Shown piece after piece: positions 18,213-26,846 of a stretch of 32,000 nt of DNA (the stretch's first letter is position 1; every line of letters begins with the position of its first letter). This stretch comes from Desulfocapsa sulfexigens DSM 10523 (GTDB lineage: Bacteria > Desulfobacterota > Desulfobulbia > Desulfobulbales > Desulfocapsaceae): the NCBI RefSeq assembly GCF_000341395.1, contig NC_020304.1, positions 1,980,001 through 2,012,000 on the forward strand. Reading direction: 5' to 3'. Below the pieces are notes generated by a model that ran no database searches, was not told the origin of the DNA, and saw only the letters and a program-made list of their open reading frames with translations. Both the position numbers and the translations under genes were made by a program.

Positions 18213-18434
18213 GGAATCACCTTGGAAGTGTGTTGAAGGAATTTTCTCATAATTTGATTTGTTATTATATCATTTTAGTGAAGTTTTATAAACCTAACCA
18301 CTATAAAAAACCACAAGGGATTGTTAATTGGCAGTGATAGCGATTTTCTATTGATATTTTTCTTGCTATTATCGCATGGTTTACGGTTTGATTATGAGAG
18401 AGATTGTTAAATTCTACCCTTATCAGGAATAAAA

Positions 18435-19175
18435 ATGAAATACCTTTTTACTATTCTAGCGGTCGTCGCCTTGAGTTCAGTGGTTACGTTATATTATATT
18501 TGGCCCTCAGGAAGTACAAAGTCTGGAGATACTGCTCTCAGTGTCAATGGGCATATGATCTCACAGAAACAGGTTGATGATCAATCCCGTAAACAGGGCT
18601 ATCATTCTGGAGAAGCAAATGATTCCGTTAATTCTTTTGTGACGAGGCAGCTCTTACTTGATGAGGCGCAACGGCTTGGTATTGACAAGGAGAATGATTT
18701 CCGTAAGGCCCTCAAAGATTATTACGAGCAGTCTCTTATCAAGGTTCTTACGGATCGTAAACTGCAATCAATTACGGTGACTGTTGGTGAAGAAGATATA
18801 GATCGCTATCTCTCCTGTTCCGGAAAAATGTTCACCTTTACCAGGACTCCGGCAGAAAACGGGAAGATCCTGAGCGAACAGGGGCGTCAAAACAGCGTGC
18901 TTTTTGATGATTTGTCCGAATCGCTACGGTTGATACTAGCCAATCTGAAGCCTGGGGAAAATGTTATGCAGTTTGAGACCGGAACCGAGGTCAGTATGAT
19001 TTCTTTAGATAAAGTAGAAGATGCAGATGGTTTTGAACCAGTACCTTATGATCGAAAAAGGGTGGCTGAACTTCTGGTTGATTACAAGAAAGCTGCTGAG
19101 ATCGATAGCTGGATAGCCAGTTTGCGTAAGAAAGCATCCGTCGTTGTATATGGTGAGGAAGCAAAGAATGACTAG
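18435..19175 (+). CDS. Membrane-anchored SurA N-terminal-like / EpsD-like protein
   Basis: 246 aa. N-terminal hydrophobic anchor, then ALSVNGHMISQKQVDDQSRKQGY...VTRQLLLDEAQRLGI, the pattern of SurA/PpiC N-terminal helical regions. Confidence 0.55.
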   Translation: MKYLFTILAVVALSSVVTLYYIWPSGSTKSGDTALSVNGHMISQKQVDDQSRKQGYHSGEANDSVNSFVTRQLLLDEAQRLGIDKENDFRKALKDYYEQSLIKVLTDRKLQSITVTVGEEDIDRYLSCSGKMFTFTRTPAENGKILSEQGRQNSVLFDDLSESLRLILANLKPGENVMQFETGTEVSMISLDKVEDADGFEPVPYDRKRVAELLVDYKKAAEIDSWIASLRKKASVVVYGEEAKND

Positions 19176-19773
19176 GAATCGTTATAAACGCAGAAATTAT
19201 TTTATTAAAAAGAATTTCCAGGGCAAGCTGATTCTCGGATATTTTCTTTTTATGGTTGTTGGGTGCCTTGTGTTTGCAGTTATTCTTACACTTTTGTCTG
19301 CAGACAGTATGACTATGACCTATCAGAATAATGACCTGCGCCTTGGTCAGACCCCTTTTATACTGATCAAGGAATTAGTGACAGCCCACTGGATTTTCAT
19401 AGTTTTGGGAAGTGCAATTGTGGTGGTCTGTGCGATGTTTATAACCCACAGACTTGCCGGTCCCATGTTTCGTCTTGAGCGAGCTGTTGATAATATGGTG
19501 AGTGGGCAGCTTGATGATGTCGTTTATTTGCGGGAAAAAGATGAAGGTAAGGAACTGGCGGCAAAACTCAATCAGTTCAATAGTCAATTATCTAAAAATA
19601 TAGGGGAAATCAGAAAGCGATCTAAAAATATTGACGATCTTCTGGCACAATATTCTTCCATCGAACAATCGGAAACAACTGCTGAAGATTGTGCTTCTAT
19701 TCAGAGTTCCATTGCCCGGCAAAATAAGATTATCCGGGAGATTGTCGTGACATACCAAATTCTTGATGAGTAA
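19168..19773 (+). CDS. Two-TM membrane protein with HAMP-like domain
   Basis: Two hydrophobic segments and ITHRLAGPMFRLERAVDNMVSGQLDDVVYLREKDEGKELAAKLNQFNSQL. Start overlaps the upstream gene. Confidence 0.7.
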   Translation: MTRNRYKRRNYFIKKNFQGKLILGYFLFMVVGCLVFAVILTLLSADSMTMTYQNNDLRLGQTPFILIKELVTAHWIFIVLGSAIVVVCAMFITHRLAGPMFRLERAVDNMVSGQLDDVVYLREKDEGKELAAKLNQFNSQLSKNIGEIRKRSKNIDDLLAQYSSIEQSETTAEDCASIQSSIARQNKIIREIVVTYQILDE

Positions 19774-20302
19774 AATACAGCTTTCAGTTCTCGTGCTTTT
19801 ACTCTGGCTGCCCGGTGCAGTTAATACTGTTCTGGCAGGGGAGCACAAAAGCCGATACGCAACCCTTACATACACTAATAACGAGGTGTTGCGGGAATTT
19901 AATGATAATATGCGTTTGAATAAGAAACTGAATTATTCAATGCGAAAGAACAATGTCGTTACTATGGCCGACGAGGTTCTGGCCAAGGCAGATATTATTA
20001 TTGAGAAGGTCCAGGTTGTGCTCGATATGTTTCCCGGAAAATACCATGTTCGTCTCGTTGTTGTTGGGGATTCCGGTGATGTCGCTCGTATTTACAAACA
20101 AAAATACGGTAAACGGGTGAGTCATATAGCCTATTATTCGCTCTCCGAAAAAACAATTTATATTTCAGCAGAGGATGCCAGCCTTCGGGTTCTCGCTCAT
20201 GAAGTTGGTCATTCCATTGTCGATCACTACTTTAAAGTCCGTCCACCCTATAACATTCATGAATTGATGGCTCAATTTGCTGAAAAGCATGTTACGGATT
20301 AG
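19763..20302 (+). CDS. Secreted zinc metallopeptidase-like protein (HEVGH)
   Basis: Signal peptide plus VLAHEVGHSIVDHYF (HExxH) and a downstream HELMAQFAEKH. Overlaps the upstream gene. Confidence 0.55.
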   Translation: MMSKIQLSVLVLLLWLPGAVNTVLAGEHKSRYATLTYTNNEVLREFNDNMRLNKKLNYSMRKNNVVTMADEVLAKADIIIEKVQVVLDMFPGKYHVRLVVVGDSGDVARIYKQKYGKRVSHIAYYSLSEKTIYISAEDASLRVLAHEVGHSIVDHYFKVRPPYNIHELMAQFAEKHVTD

Positions 20303-20345
20303 AAAGCTCAGCTTTTTTCCGTCATTCCCGCACAGGTGAGAATTT

Positions 20346-21809
20346 TCATGGCTTGGATTTTTTTAATGTATTGGTGAATAGGTTTAATACGGATTTCTGC
20401 TCCGCTGTAAGATCCTTGAATTTGAATCCATGGATGTGCTTTTCATCCTGTGTTGCAATCCACAGATGCTCAATGGTAAATTCCAATGGTGGAATGTTTG
20501 CGGAATCCTGGTTCTCAAAGTTGATTTTGGTGAAAAATGTCGATTCCAGCGTTGTCAGTTGCGGGATTGAGGCCATAAAGCCGCTTTTGGATATATTGGT
20601 TATCGTTCCATCCAGGTATCTGTCCTTTTCGGTGGTGTAATACCGGGCGGGAATAGAGACAGCATGCCTTGTATCACTGCGTATAATGTTAAAAATGTCA
20701 AGAGACTGACATATGAACTTGAGAGCTTTACAGGGAGCACCGCAGGAATCACGTTTTCTGCGGAATCTGCAACTGTAGCGCAGCAGATCCAGGATAAAGA
20801 ATGACGAAATAAAATAAAAGATCAGGTAGATTGCAAAAAACAGGAAGAGAGTGGAGTCGGTCAAATTATAAATTCGTCCCACAATACTGATGCTGCCAAG
20901 AAGGATACTGAGACCGATAATAATTTTTACGGTGTTTTCGCGGCTGAATCCATAGCGCATGAAAATATGATGTAAATGTTTTTTGTCAGCATGAAACGGA
21001 CTGGTTCCCTGGAGGATCCTCTTTGTCATCACTGTCAGCGTGTCGGCAATGGGAATACTGAGAATTAACAGGGCAGATATGGGAGACATGCAGGCATTGT
21101 CGCCCTGCGTCATTCCAAGTGACATAAAGGCAAGGGCAAATCCCAGTGACAGACTTCCGGCATCGCCCATAAAGAGCTTGGCCGGATGCCAGTTAAAACG
21201 AAGAAATCCCAATAGAGCACCTGCAAAAGCCAGGTTCAGAAGTAAAAATGTCTGATTTTGGGCAAGAGAGGCGTGAGCGGCAAATAACAAAAACGCAACA
21301 AAGCCAATCCCGCCGGCCAAGCCATCCAGCCCGTCAATAAGGTTGATGGCATTGATGACCCCTAGAAGACAAAAAATAGATATAAGAACAGACAGCCAGT
21401 ATCCCGGAATAATAATATCTCCCAGCCCGAGAAGATTGCCGAAGGAAACCAACCTGATATTACTAAAATAAATGAGGAGGGCGACAGCAAGGATCTGGCC
21501 CATGAATTTCTGACGATGTCCCAACTCTTTCAAATCGTCGAGAAACCCGATAAACAGCATCACCGTTAATCCCGCAAAAAAACCCCTTAGGCCGGTTGCC
21601 GGCATAATAAGTGCCGCTGCAAAACAGGCGGAAATGACAAAACCAAGACCACCCACGAGGGGTTTTGGGTCCACGTGTACCTTCCGTTCACTGGGCCAGT
21701 CGAGCAAATTTATCTTTTTGGCTATGTTTGCAAGCTTGGGCAGTATGAACATAGTCACGAAAAGTGCTATTAAAAAAATAAGTATGGGGCGGACATCCGA
21801 GTGAATCAT
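20346..21809 (-). CDS. Polyprenyl-phosphate GlcNAc/HexNAc-1-phosphate transferase (WecA/MraY family) with C-terminal PilZ domain
   Basis: Polytopic N-terminus with GFLDDLKELGHRQKFMGQ, INLIDGLDGLAGG, KLFMGDAGSLSLGFALA, SPFHADKKHLHHIFMRYG. C-terminal RSDTRHAVSIPARY ... ITNISKSGF matches PilZ RxxxR and (D/N)xSxxG. Confidence 0.88.
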   Translation of the reverse strand: MIHSDVRPILIFLIALFVTMFILPKLANIAKKINLLDWPSERKVHVDPKPLVGGLGFVISACFAAALIMPATGLRGFFAGLTVMLFIGFLDDLKELGHRQKFMGQILAVALLIYFSNIRLVSFGNLLGLGDIIIPGYWLSVLISIFCLLGVINAINLIDGLDGLAGGIGFVAFLLFAAHASLAQNQTFLLLNLAFAGALLGFLRFNWHPAKLFMGDAGSLSLGFALAFMSLGMTQGDNACMSPISALLILSIPIADTLTVMTKRILQGTSPFHADKKHLHHIFMRYGFSRENTVKIIIGLSILLGSISIVGRIYNLTDSTLFLFFAIYLIFYFISSFFILDLLRYSCRFRRKRDSCGAPCKALKFICQSLDIFNIIRSDTRHAVSIPARYYTTEKDRYLDGTITNISKSGFMASIPQLTTLESTFFTKINFENQDSANIPPLEFTIEHLWIATQDEKHIHGFKFKDLTAEQKSVLNLFTNTLKKSKP

Positions 21810-22165
21810 AATTTCACAACATCACCATCAGGGAGCAGAATTGCTTGTGGAGAACGTGTCACTTCGATAATGTAAATGTATCAAAGATACGGGTAAAAGA
21901 ATACAGACTTGCCATCTTTTTACCAAAAATATTTCAGGAAAATTCTTAAGGCAAGGAGAGCATCCTAAAGGACATGTGCTGAGAAGTAAATAGGTAGAAA
22001 TACTGGTTTATCGTTTTTTCTTTGGGTTGAGACCTGTAACAACTCAAAGCTGCCCTGTATGTTGCAACCAGGGAGAGCGGGGTAAGCAGCAGCTTAAGCA
22101 TTACTTTCTAACTGAGGAGGAGCTCAAGAGAGCCTTCAGAGTTTTAATGATTTGCGGGGTGTCAA

Positions 22166-22414
22166 TTACGGCTGCATCTGTGACTCTTCCAGGTATTTCT
22201 TGTAGCCGTTTTGAGAAATATCAGAGTCTTTTACGACACCCTTAAGGGACTGAACAGTTGGAGTGACCTGGTAGTTCTTTTTTAATTTTCCGTTTTTAAT
22301 AATTACGAAAAAGTCTGAGAAAATCTTTGAGACTTATTTACCCGTTTTAGCAGAATATTCTTTTGCAGATTCGATCAGGTGGTCATCAAGTCGTAATGTG
22401 AGTTTTATGTTCAT
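22166..22414 (-). pseudogene. DUF6364-like / ribbon-helix antitoxin with an in-frame nonsense codon
   Basis: Reads MNIKLTLRLDDHLIESAKEYSAKTGK*VSKIFSDFFVIIKNGKLKKNYQVTPTVQSLKGVVKDSDISQNGYKKYLEESQMQP*. The TAA (22334-22336) is at a position normally Ser (TCA/TAA, one substitution). Confidence 0.72.
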
Positions 22415-22532
22415 TTCACCCTCCGGTTCTGTGTGACGGATTGTTTTAAGAGACTATAAGGAAATGTCAATTTGTCAAGCCTGCCCCTGATTCCGAAGAG
22501 TAAATACATCGAGAAGAGAATTGGCATCAACC

Positions 22533-23009
22533 TTATAACAACGGAAGCATCAATGTGTTGGAGACGATATTGTTGTTCGTAAAGCCGTGTTTACGATAAA
22601 AGGCTTCTGCCTTATCATTAAGAACATGGACGATAATAACACGGACACCGACCTGTTCGGAAACGTTAATTGCTCGGGCAAGAGCATCTTTTAACAAACC
22701 TCGGCCAATATTCTGCCCCTGCCAGTTACAATCAACCGCCAAGCGACCAAGCACTAGAGCAGGGATAGGATCAGGCATATTCTTTTTTATGCGGTTTGTC
22801 GCTTCAGCACGAGCAACGCTTCCAGCAGCTAGAGCATAGTACCCTATCACCTGATTTTTAAAACAAACCACATACGTGCGTGACCCGCCACTCTGTTCGT
22901 TTTTCAATGCCCGGTGGATAAGCCATTCGTTGAGTGAAACTGTTCCACAATCAAAACCACTTAATAGGTGATTCGCTGTCAATTGTTCAGGAGCGCTTAT
23001 TTTTCCCAC
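22533..23009 (-). CDS. GNAT-family acetyltransferase toxin (TacT-like)
   Basis: 158 aa. FDCGTVSLNEWL, VIGYYALAAGSV, LGRLAVDCNWQGQNIGRGLLKDAL, FYRKHGF. Confidence 0.88.
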   Translation of the reverse strand: MGKISAPEQLTANHLLSGFDCGTVSLNEWLIHRALKNEQSGGSRTYVVCFKNQVIGYYALAAGSVARAEATNRIKKNMPDPIPALVLGRLAVDCNWQGQNIGRGLLKDALARAINVSEQVGVRVIIVHVLNDKAEAFYRKHGFTNNNIVSNTLMLPLL

Positions 23010-23284
23010 GGTGCTTTTGATAACAGTAGCTTACGGATAGCTTTGTTTTCATTAAGTGGCGTTTCTAAAGCTTTCTCAAAATCAGAAAATGCTTTATCAT
23101 CCAAGACAAAATTACGCCGATCACACAAAACTTGCTCAGCCTCACGACATGACGCTTCAAGGATAAAATCGGTCATCTTTTTGTGACTTGCAGCACAAGC
23201 CTGACCAATCAGCTCCCTCTGTTCCGGAAATGCACGGAGACTAATTACAGATGTGCGACGTGCTGTTGTGTTACTTGGTTTCAT
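22997..23284 (-). CDS. DUF1778-family antitoxin (TacA-like)
   Basis: 95 aa. RTSVISLRAFPEQRELIGQACAASHKKMTDFILEASCREAEQVL...FVLDDKAFSDFEKALETP. Overlaps the toxin start. Confidence 0.88.
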   Translation of the reverse strand: MKPSNTTARRTSVISLRAFPEQRELIGQACAASHKKMTDFILEASCREAEQVLCDRRNFVLDDKAFSDFEKALETPLNENKAIRKLLLSKAPWEK

Positions 23285-23410
23285 AACGGTTTCTCCTTTT
23301 CAGTACAATATTGCACATACAGGAACCATATATCTCTGTATAGCTATTGTCAATACATGGTGCAGAGTTGTATAAGAGGAAAAAGTGGTGAATTTTTGAA
23401 AAAAGACAAC

Positions 23411-23676
23411 GGGGTCGCATCTTAATTATTAATTGTTGAGCCCCCGTCCGTTGACGAATGTTTAAAGCAATTATCTCGGTATGTTCACCTAAAATCCCGT
23501 ACGAAGAAAATGACAGGGGAAAGCGGTGTCGGCTCGAGCCGCTACTTTGGAATATCTGGAGCTGGCGTAGCTGTCAGGCATGGAATAATCGAAGGAAAAA
23601 TTACAAAGGATCGTAAATTGAGCAGGTAAGTCAATAGGCTCAGGAAGGCAATAACTAATAATTAAGATGCGACCCC
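23411..23676. mobile_element. Putative MITE-like non-coding element with 21-bp perfect inverted repeat ends
   Basis: GGGGTCGCATCTTAATTATTA at 23411-23431 and its exact reverse complement TAATAATTAAGATGCGACCCC at 23656-23676. No ORF of note inside; internal palindrome CGGCTCGAGCCG at 23530-23541. Confidence 0.5.
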
Positions 23677-23717
23677 AGTCCGTTTTCTTGACACAGTCGT
23701 GTCCTCGGCGAAGATTG

Positions 23718-23764
23718 TTTGTCAGTTTGTCAGTTTGTCAGTTTGTCAGTTTGTCAGTTTGTCA
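23718..23764. repeat. 8-bp tandem repeat (TTTGTCAG)n, about 6 units
   Basis: tttgtcagtttgtcagtttgtcagtttgtcagtttgtcagtttgtca. Confidence 0.95.
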
Positions 23765-23818
23765 AGCCTGACCCTGGGTCTTTTATCAATCAATGGGTAA
23801 AGGTAAAGTTACAAGCAT

Positions 23819-24991
23819 CTATTGAAAAATCTTTTTTACACCTTCCCAACCCAGACGAAAAGGACGGCACACATTGTAGAGGTAGCATAACTTTCCAGGA
23901 AACGTAAATCTGCGGTAGTCTTCAATGGTAGGATTAAACAGCATTGTCAGAATAAGCCGTAACCGTGCCATGTTCGAATCCATGCACTTAAGTTGCCAGG
24001 AAGTGAAACGGCTGTTTTCGCCCTGGATTGTATTGCTCTTTGCAGGATCAAGAAAGATATTCTCCACCGATGTAGCCATATTTAATGCGTGTTGGTCCAG
24101 CCTCAGAATTTCCATGACTTTCTTTGGCATCTCTGTTGCAAAGAGACGTTGTGCTGCAAGCAGCCCTGTCGCAACCATTCTTTTTGCAGACCATTGTTCT
24201 GCAAGAAAAAGGACCAAATTCCAATCCATCTTTTTGTTTTGTGTGACAATTTCATGAACAGAAAACAACCATTCCAGGCGACCCCAGATATGTTTGGAAC
24301 CGTGAATGCAAAGATAGATAAGAAGATCCTCATTGCTTAGTGAAGGAACAGTGTAGTTCAGTAATTGAGCGTCAATCAGGCGATCTTGAAAAACATCCAT
24401 TGTTAACGCGTGTGGCAAACACCGGCCAGATAACTCCCAATGCAATTCCACGATAACGCCGGATTGAGAGTGGATGAAATTCAGATTGTCTTCCGTTTTT
24501 ATAAGGTGCTTCAGCTGTGAATGTGAAAATTGGATTTCAGGGGTATATCCTGATTTATTGAGGATTTCATAGACGGAAGAGACATCATTTATACTTACAA
24601 GGACATCGAGATCACAAAATGGACGAAGAGAGAGGTCGTTATAGAGATTACAGGCAAGTAGCGGGCCTTTGAAAGCGACAGCTGAAATATTATGTTCAGT
24701 AAGTAAGTTGATAAGCTGAATCAACACACCGACTTTACCAAGGTTGGATATGCCAATAGACCGCACGGTTCTTTTAATATCAGCAGCAATATTCTCTGGT
24801 ATCAGTTCCGGGCAACAATTGTTCCATGATGAGTGAATTAATGGTAGAAGTCCGTGGCGTGTGGCGAGTGAAAAAAAATGATTCAGGTCTATACCATCAT
24901 TTATCGCCTCAACAACTTTCTTGCGTAAAGCTGATGGCTCAATTGTTTTCAGGGAATAGAGGATGAGGTGTTGGCAATTATTTTGATTCAT
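23819..24991 (-). CDS. Nucleotidyltransferase family protein (PF14907-like, NTP_transf_5)
   Basis: 390 aa. HGLLPLIHSSW, ISAVAFKGPLLACNLYNDLSLRPFCDLDVLVSINDV, VIVELHWELSG, LLIYLCIHGSKHIWGRLEWLFSVHE. Confidence 0.8.
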   Translation of the reverse strand: MNQNNCQHLILYSLKTIEPSALRKKVVEAINDGIDLNHFFSLATRHGLLPLIHSSWNNCCPELIPENIAADIKRTVRSIGISNLGKVGVLIQLINLLTEHNISAVAFKGPLLACNLYNDLSLRPFCDLDVLVSINDVSSVYEILNKSGYTPEIQFSHSQLKHLIKTEDNLNFIHSQSGVIVELHWELSGRCLPHALTMDVFQDRLIDAQLLNYTVPSLSNEDLLIYLCIHGSKHIWGRLEWLFSVHEIVTQNKKMDWNLVLFLAEQWSAKRMVATGLLAAQRLFATEMPKKVMEILRLDQHALNMATSVENIFLDPAKSNTIQGENSRFTSWQLKCMDSNMARLRLILTMLFNPTIEDYRRFTFPGKLCYLYNVCRPFRLGWEGVKKIFQ

Positions 24992-26087
24992 GTTTGATCA
25001 GCCAGTCCACTATACGAATTGCTGAATGGCCATCCCATTTGTCAGGAATCCGTCTTTCTATCCCATTACCACTTAATGCAGCTTGAGCCGCAGCAATTAT
25101 TTTTTGGCCACTATTTCCAACGATTACGTTTGTTCCTACTTCGCAGGTGATTGGTCGTTCTGTGTTGTGTCGCATGGTGATGCATGGAACCCCCAGAACA
25201 GTGGTCTCCTCTTGCAAACCACCACTATCCGTTAAAACCAGTTTGGCATTCATGTTTAAATGGAGAAAATCGAGATAGCCCATTGGCTCAGTAATCCATA
25301 TCCCACTGACGACCGTATCCATATTTAGATAATGTGATAAGCCAAACTGCTCTATCATTTTTCTCGTTCTGGGATGGATAGGGAAAATAATAGGAAGGTC
25401 TTTACTGATTGTCTTTAAAGCCCCTAAAATTTCTTCAAGTGTTTCTTTGTCGTCAACATTGGATGGGCGATGCATTGTCAGGGTAGCGTAGCCCTTTTTC
25501 CGTAGGCCAAGTTTGGATAACAGATTTAATTGTGTCGCCATGGCCTTGTGTTTCAGTAACGTGTCAATCATCACATTACCCACAAAAATGATCTTTTCTG
25601 CTGCTACTCCTTCCGCGCGTAGGTTCTCATCGGCAAAATGGTCGGTAATAAAGAGATAGTCGCAAAGCACATCGGTACAGAGCCTGTTGATTTCTTCGGG
25701 CATTTCCATGTCCCTTGAACGTAACCCAGCTTCTACGTGCGCAACTTTGATACCAAGTTTTTTAGCTGTAATGGTACAGGCCATGGTTGAATTTACGTCG
25801 CCAACAACGATTACAAGATCAGGCTTTTCCCTGAGACAGATTTTTTCAAACAGCACCATAATCTTTGCCGTTTGCTCAGCATGGCTACCTGATCCAACTT
25901 CCAGATCGATATCTGGCTTTGGCATACCCAGATCATTAAAAAATGCCTTGGACATCTTTTCATCATAGTGCTGCCCAGTATGTACAAGTAAATGCTCTAT
26001 CTGCTCAGGGTGCTGATTCATAGCGTCAATGATTGGGGCCATTTTCATGAAGTTTGGTCTTGCACCGACAATATTAATTATCTTCAT
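24978..26087 (-). CDS. wecB: UDP-N-acetylglucosamine 2-epimerase (non-hydrolysing)
   Basis: 369 aa. MKIINIVGARPNFMKMAPIIDAM, LVHTGQHYDEKMSKAFF, VEAGLRSRDMEMPEEINR, LTDSGGLQEETTVLGVPCITMRHNTERP. Confidence 0.95.
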   Translation of the reverse strand: MKIINIVGARPNFMKMAPIIDAMNQHPEQIEHLLVHTGQHYDEKMSKAFFNDLGMPKPDIDLEVGSGSHAEQTAKIMVLFEKICLREKPDLVIVVGDVNSTMACTITAKKLGIKVAHVEAGLRSRDMEMPEEINRLCTDVLCDYLFITDHFADENLRAEGVAAEKIIFVGNVMIDTLLKHKAMATQLNLLSKLGLRKKGYATLTMHRPSNVDDKETLEEILGALKTISKDLPIIFPIHPRTRKMIEQFGLSHYLNMDTVVSGIWITEPMGYLDFLHLNMNAKLVLTDSGGLQEETTVLGVPCITMRHNTERPITCEVGTNVIVGNSGQKIIAAAQAALSGNGIERRIPDKWDGHSAIRIVDWLIKHESK

Positions 26088-26096
26088 TATTGCTCT

Positions 26097-26834
26097 CTAT
26101 TTCCTGAATCCAATTTTTGTCATAAATATCTGCCATGCAAAAACAGGTAATACCATTTGTCTTTTTATGCGTCTGGGCTCTGCCAGTAACCGATAAAACC
26201 ATTCAAGACCCAATTTACAGAAAATCTCAGGGGCTCTTTTCACCGTACCGGTAATAACATCCAGGGTTCCGCCAATCCCCTGACAGACACGAATGTGTTT
26301 TAACTTGTCCTGATGCCTTGCGAACCACTTCTCCTGTTTAGGTGAACCAAGAGCCAGAAAAAGAATCACAGCTTTGGATTCATTAATTTTATCCACAAGC
26401 ATGTCCATTTGGTCTTCAGGCCAATACCCATTACAACGTCCTGCAACCTGCAAGCCAGGTAAACGTTCTTCAAGGATCTCAACTGCTTTTTTATTCACTT
26501 CTTCTTTAGCACCATAAATAAATATCTTATACCCCTGCCTGGCAGATAAAGCACAGGTCTCCTGCATGAATTCACAACCGGGAACCCTGGATATTTGGGC
26601 ACCATGCAGTATTTTAGCTCCAAGCACCATACCAATACCATCGGGTAAAAGCAGGTCTGCATTCTTGAAACAATTATACAAGAACGGATCTGCAGGCACA
26701 GAAAAATTCTTTTCCGGATTGGTTGCAAAAATAGTGTGGGGACGGTCGCCATGATCAACGAAATCGCTGACTTTTTGCAAGGCTTCAGCCATGCTGACAG
26801 CATCGGTCCAGATATTTAATATCGGGTATCTCAT
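26097..26834 (-). CDS. WecG/TagA/CpsF family glycosyltransferase
   Basis: 245 aa. ATNPEKNFSV, LLPDGIGMVLGAKILHG, VPGCEFMQETC, FLALGSPKQEKWFARHQDKL, GIGGTLDVITGTVKRAPEIFCKLGLEWFYRLL. Confidence 0.94.
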   Translation of the reverse strand: MRYPILNIWTDAVSMAEALQKVSDFVDHGDRPHTIFATNPEKNFSVPADPFLYNCFKNADLLLPDGIGMVLGAKILHGAQISRVPGCEFMQETCALSARQGYKIFIYGAKEEVNKKAVEILEERLPGLQVAGRCNGYWPEDQMDMLVDKINESKAVILFLALGSPKQEKWFARHQDKLKHIRVCQGIGGTLDVITGTVKRAPEIFCKLGLEWFYRLLAEPRRIKRQMVLPVFAWQIFMTKIGFRK

Positions 26835-26846
26835 GTCAGTATGACC

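Noticed and set aside
22027-22245. 72-aa plus-strand ORF with CPVCCNQ near its start
   Set aside because: Cys pair alone is weak; it overlaps the antitoxin relic and I could not match it to any family. It might be an unrelated remnant.
23718-23764. Possible CRISPR array
   Set aside because: Units are 8 bp and directly abutting with no spacers; no cas-like genes in the window.
23719-23907. 62-aa plus-strand ORF MSVCQFVSLSVCQFVK...
   Set aside because: Its N-terminal part is only a translation of the octamer repeat; the rest is antisense to the nucleotidyltransferase gene.
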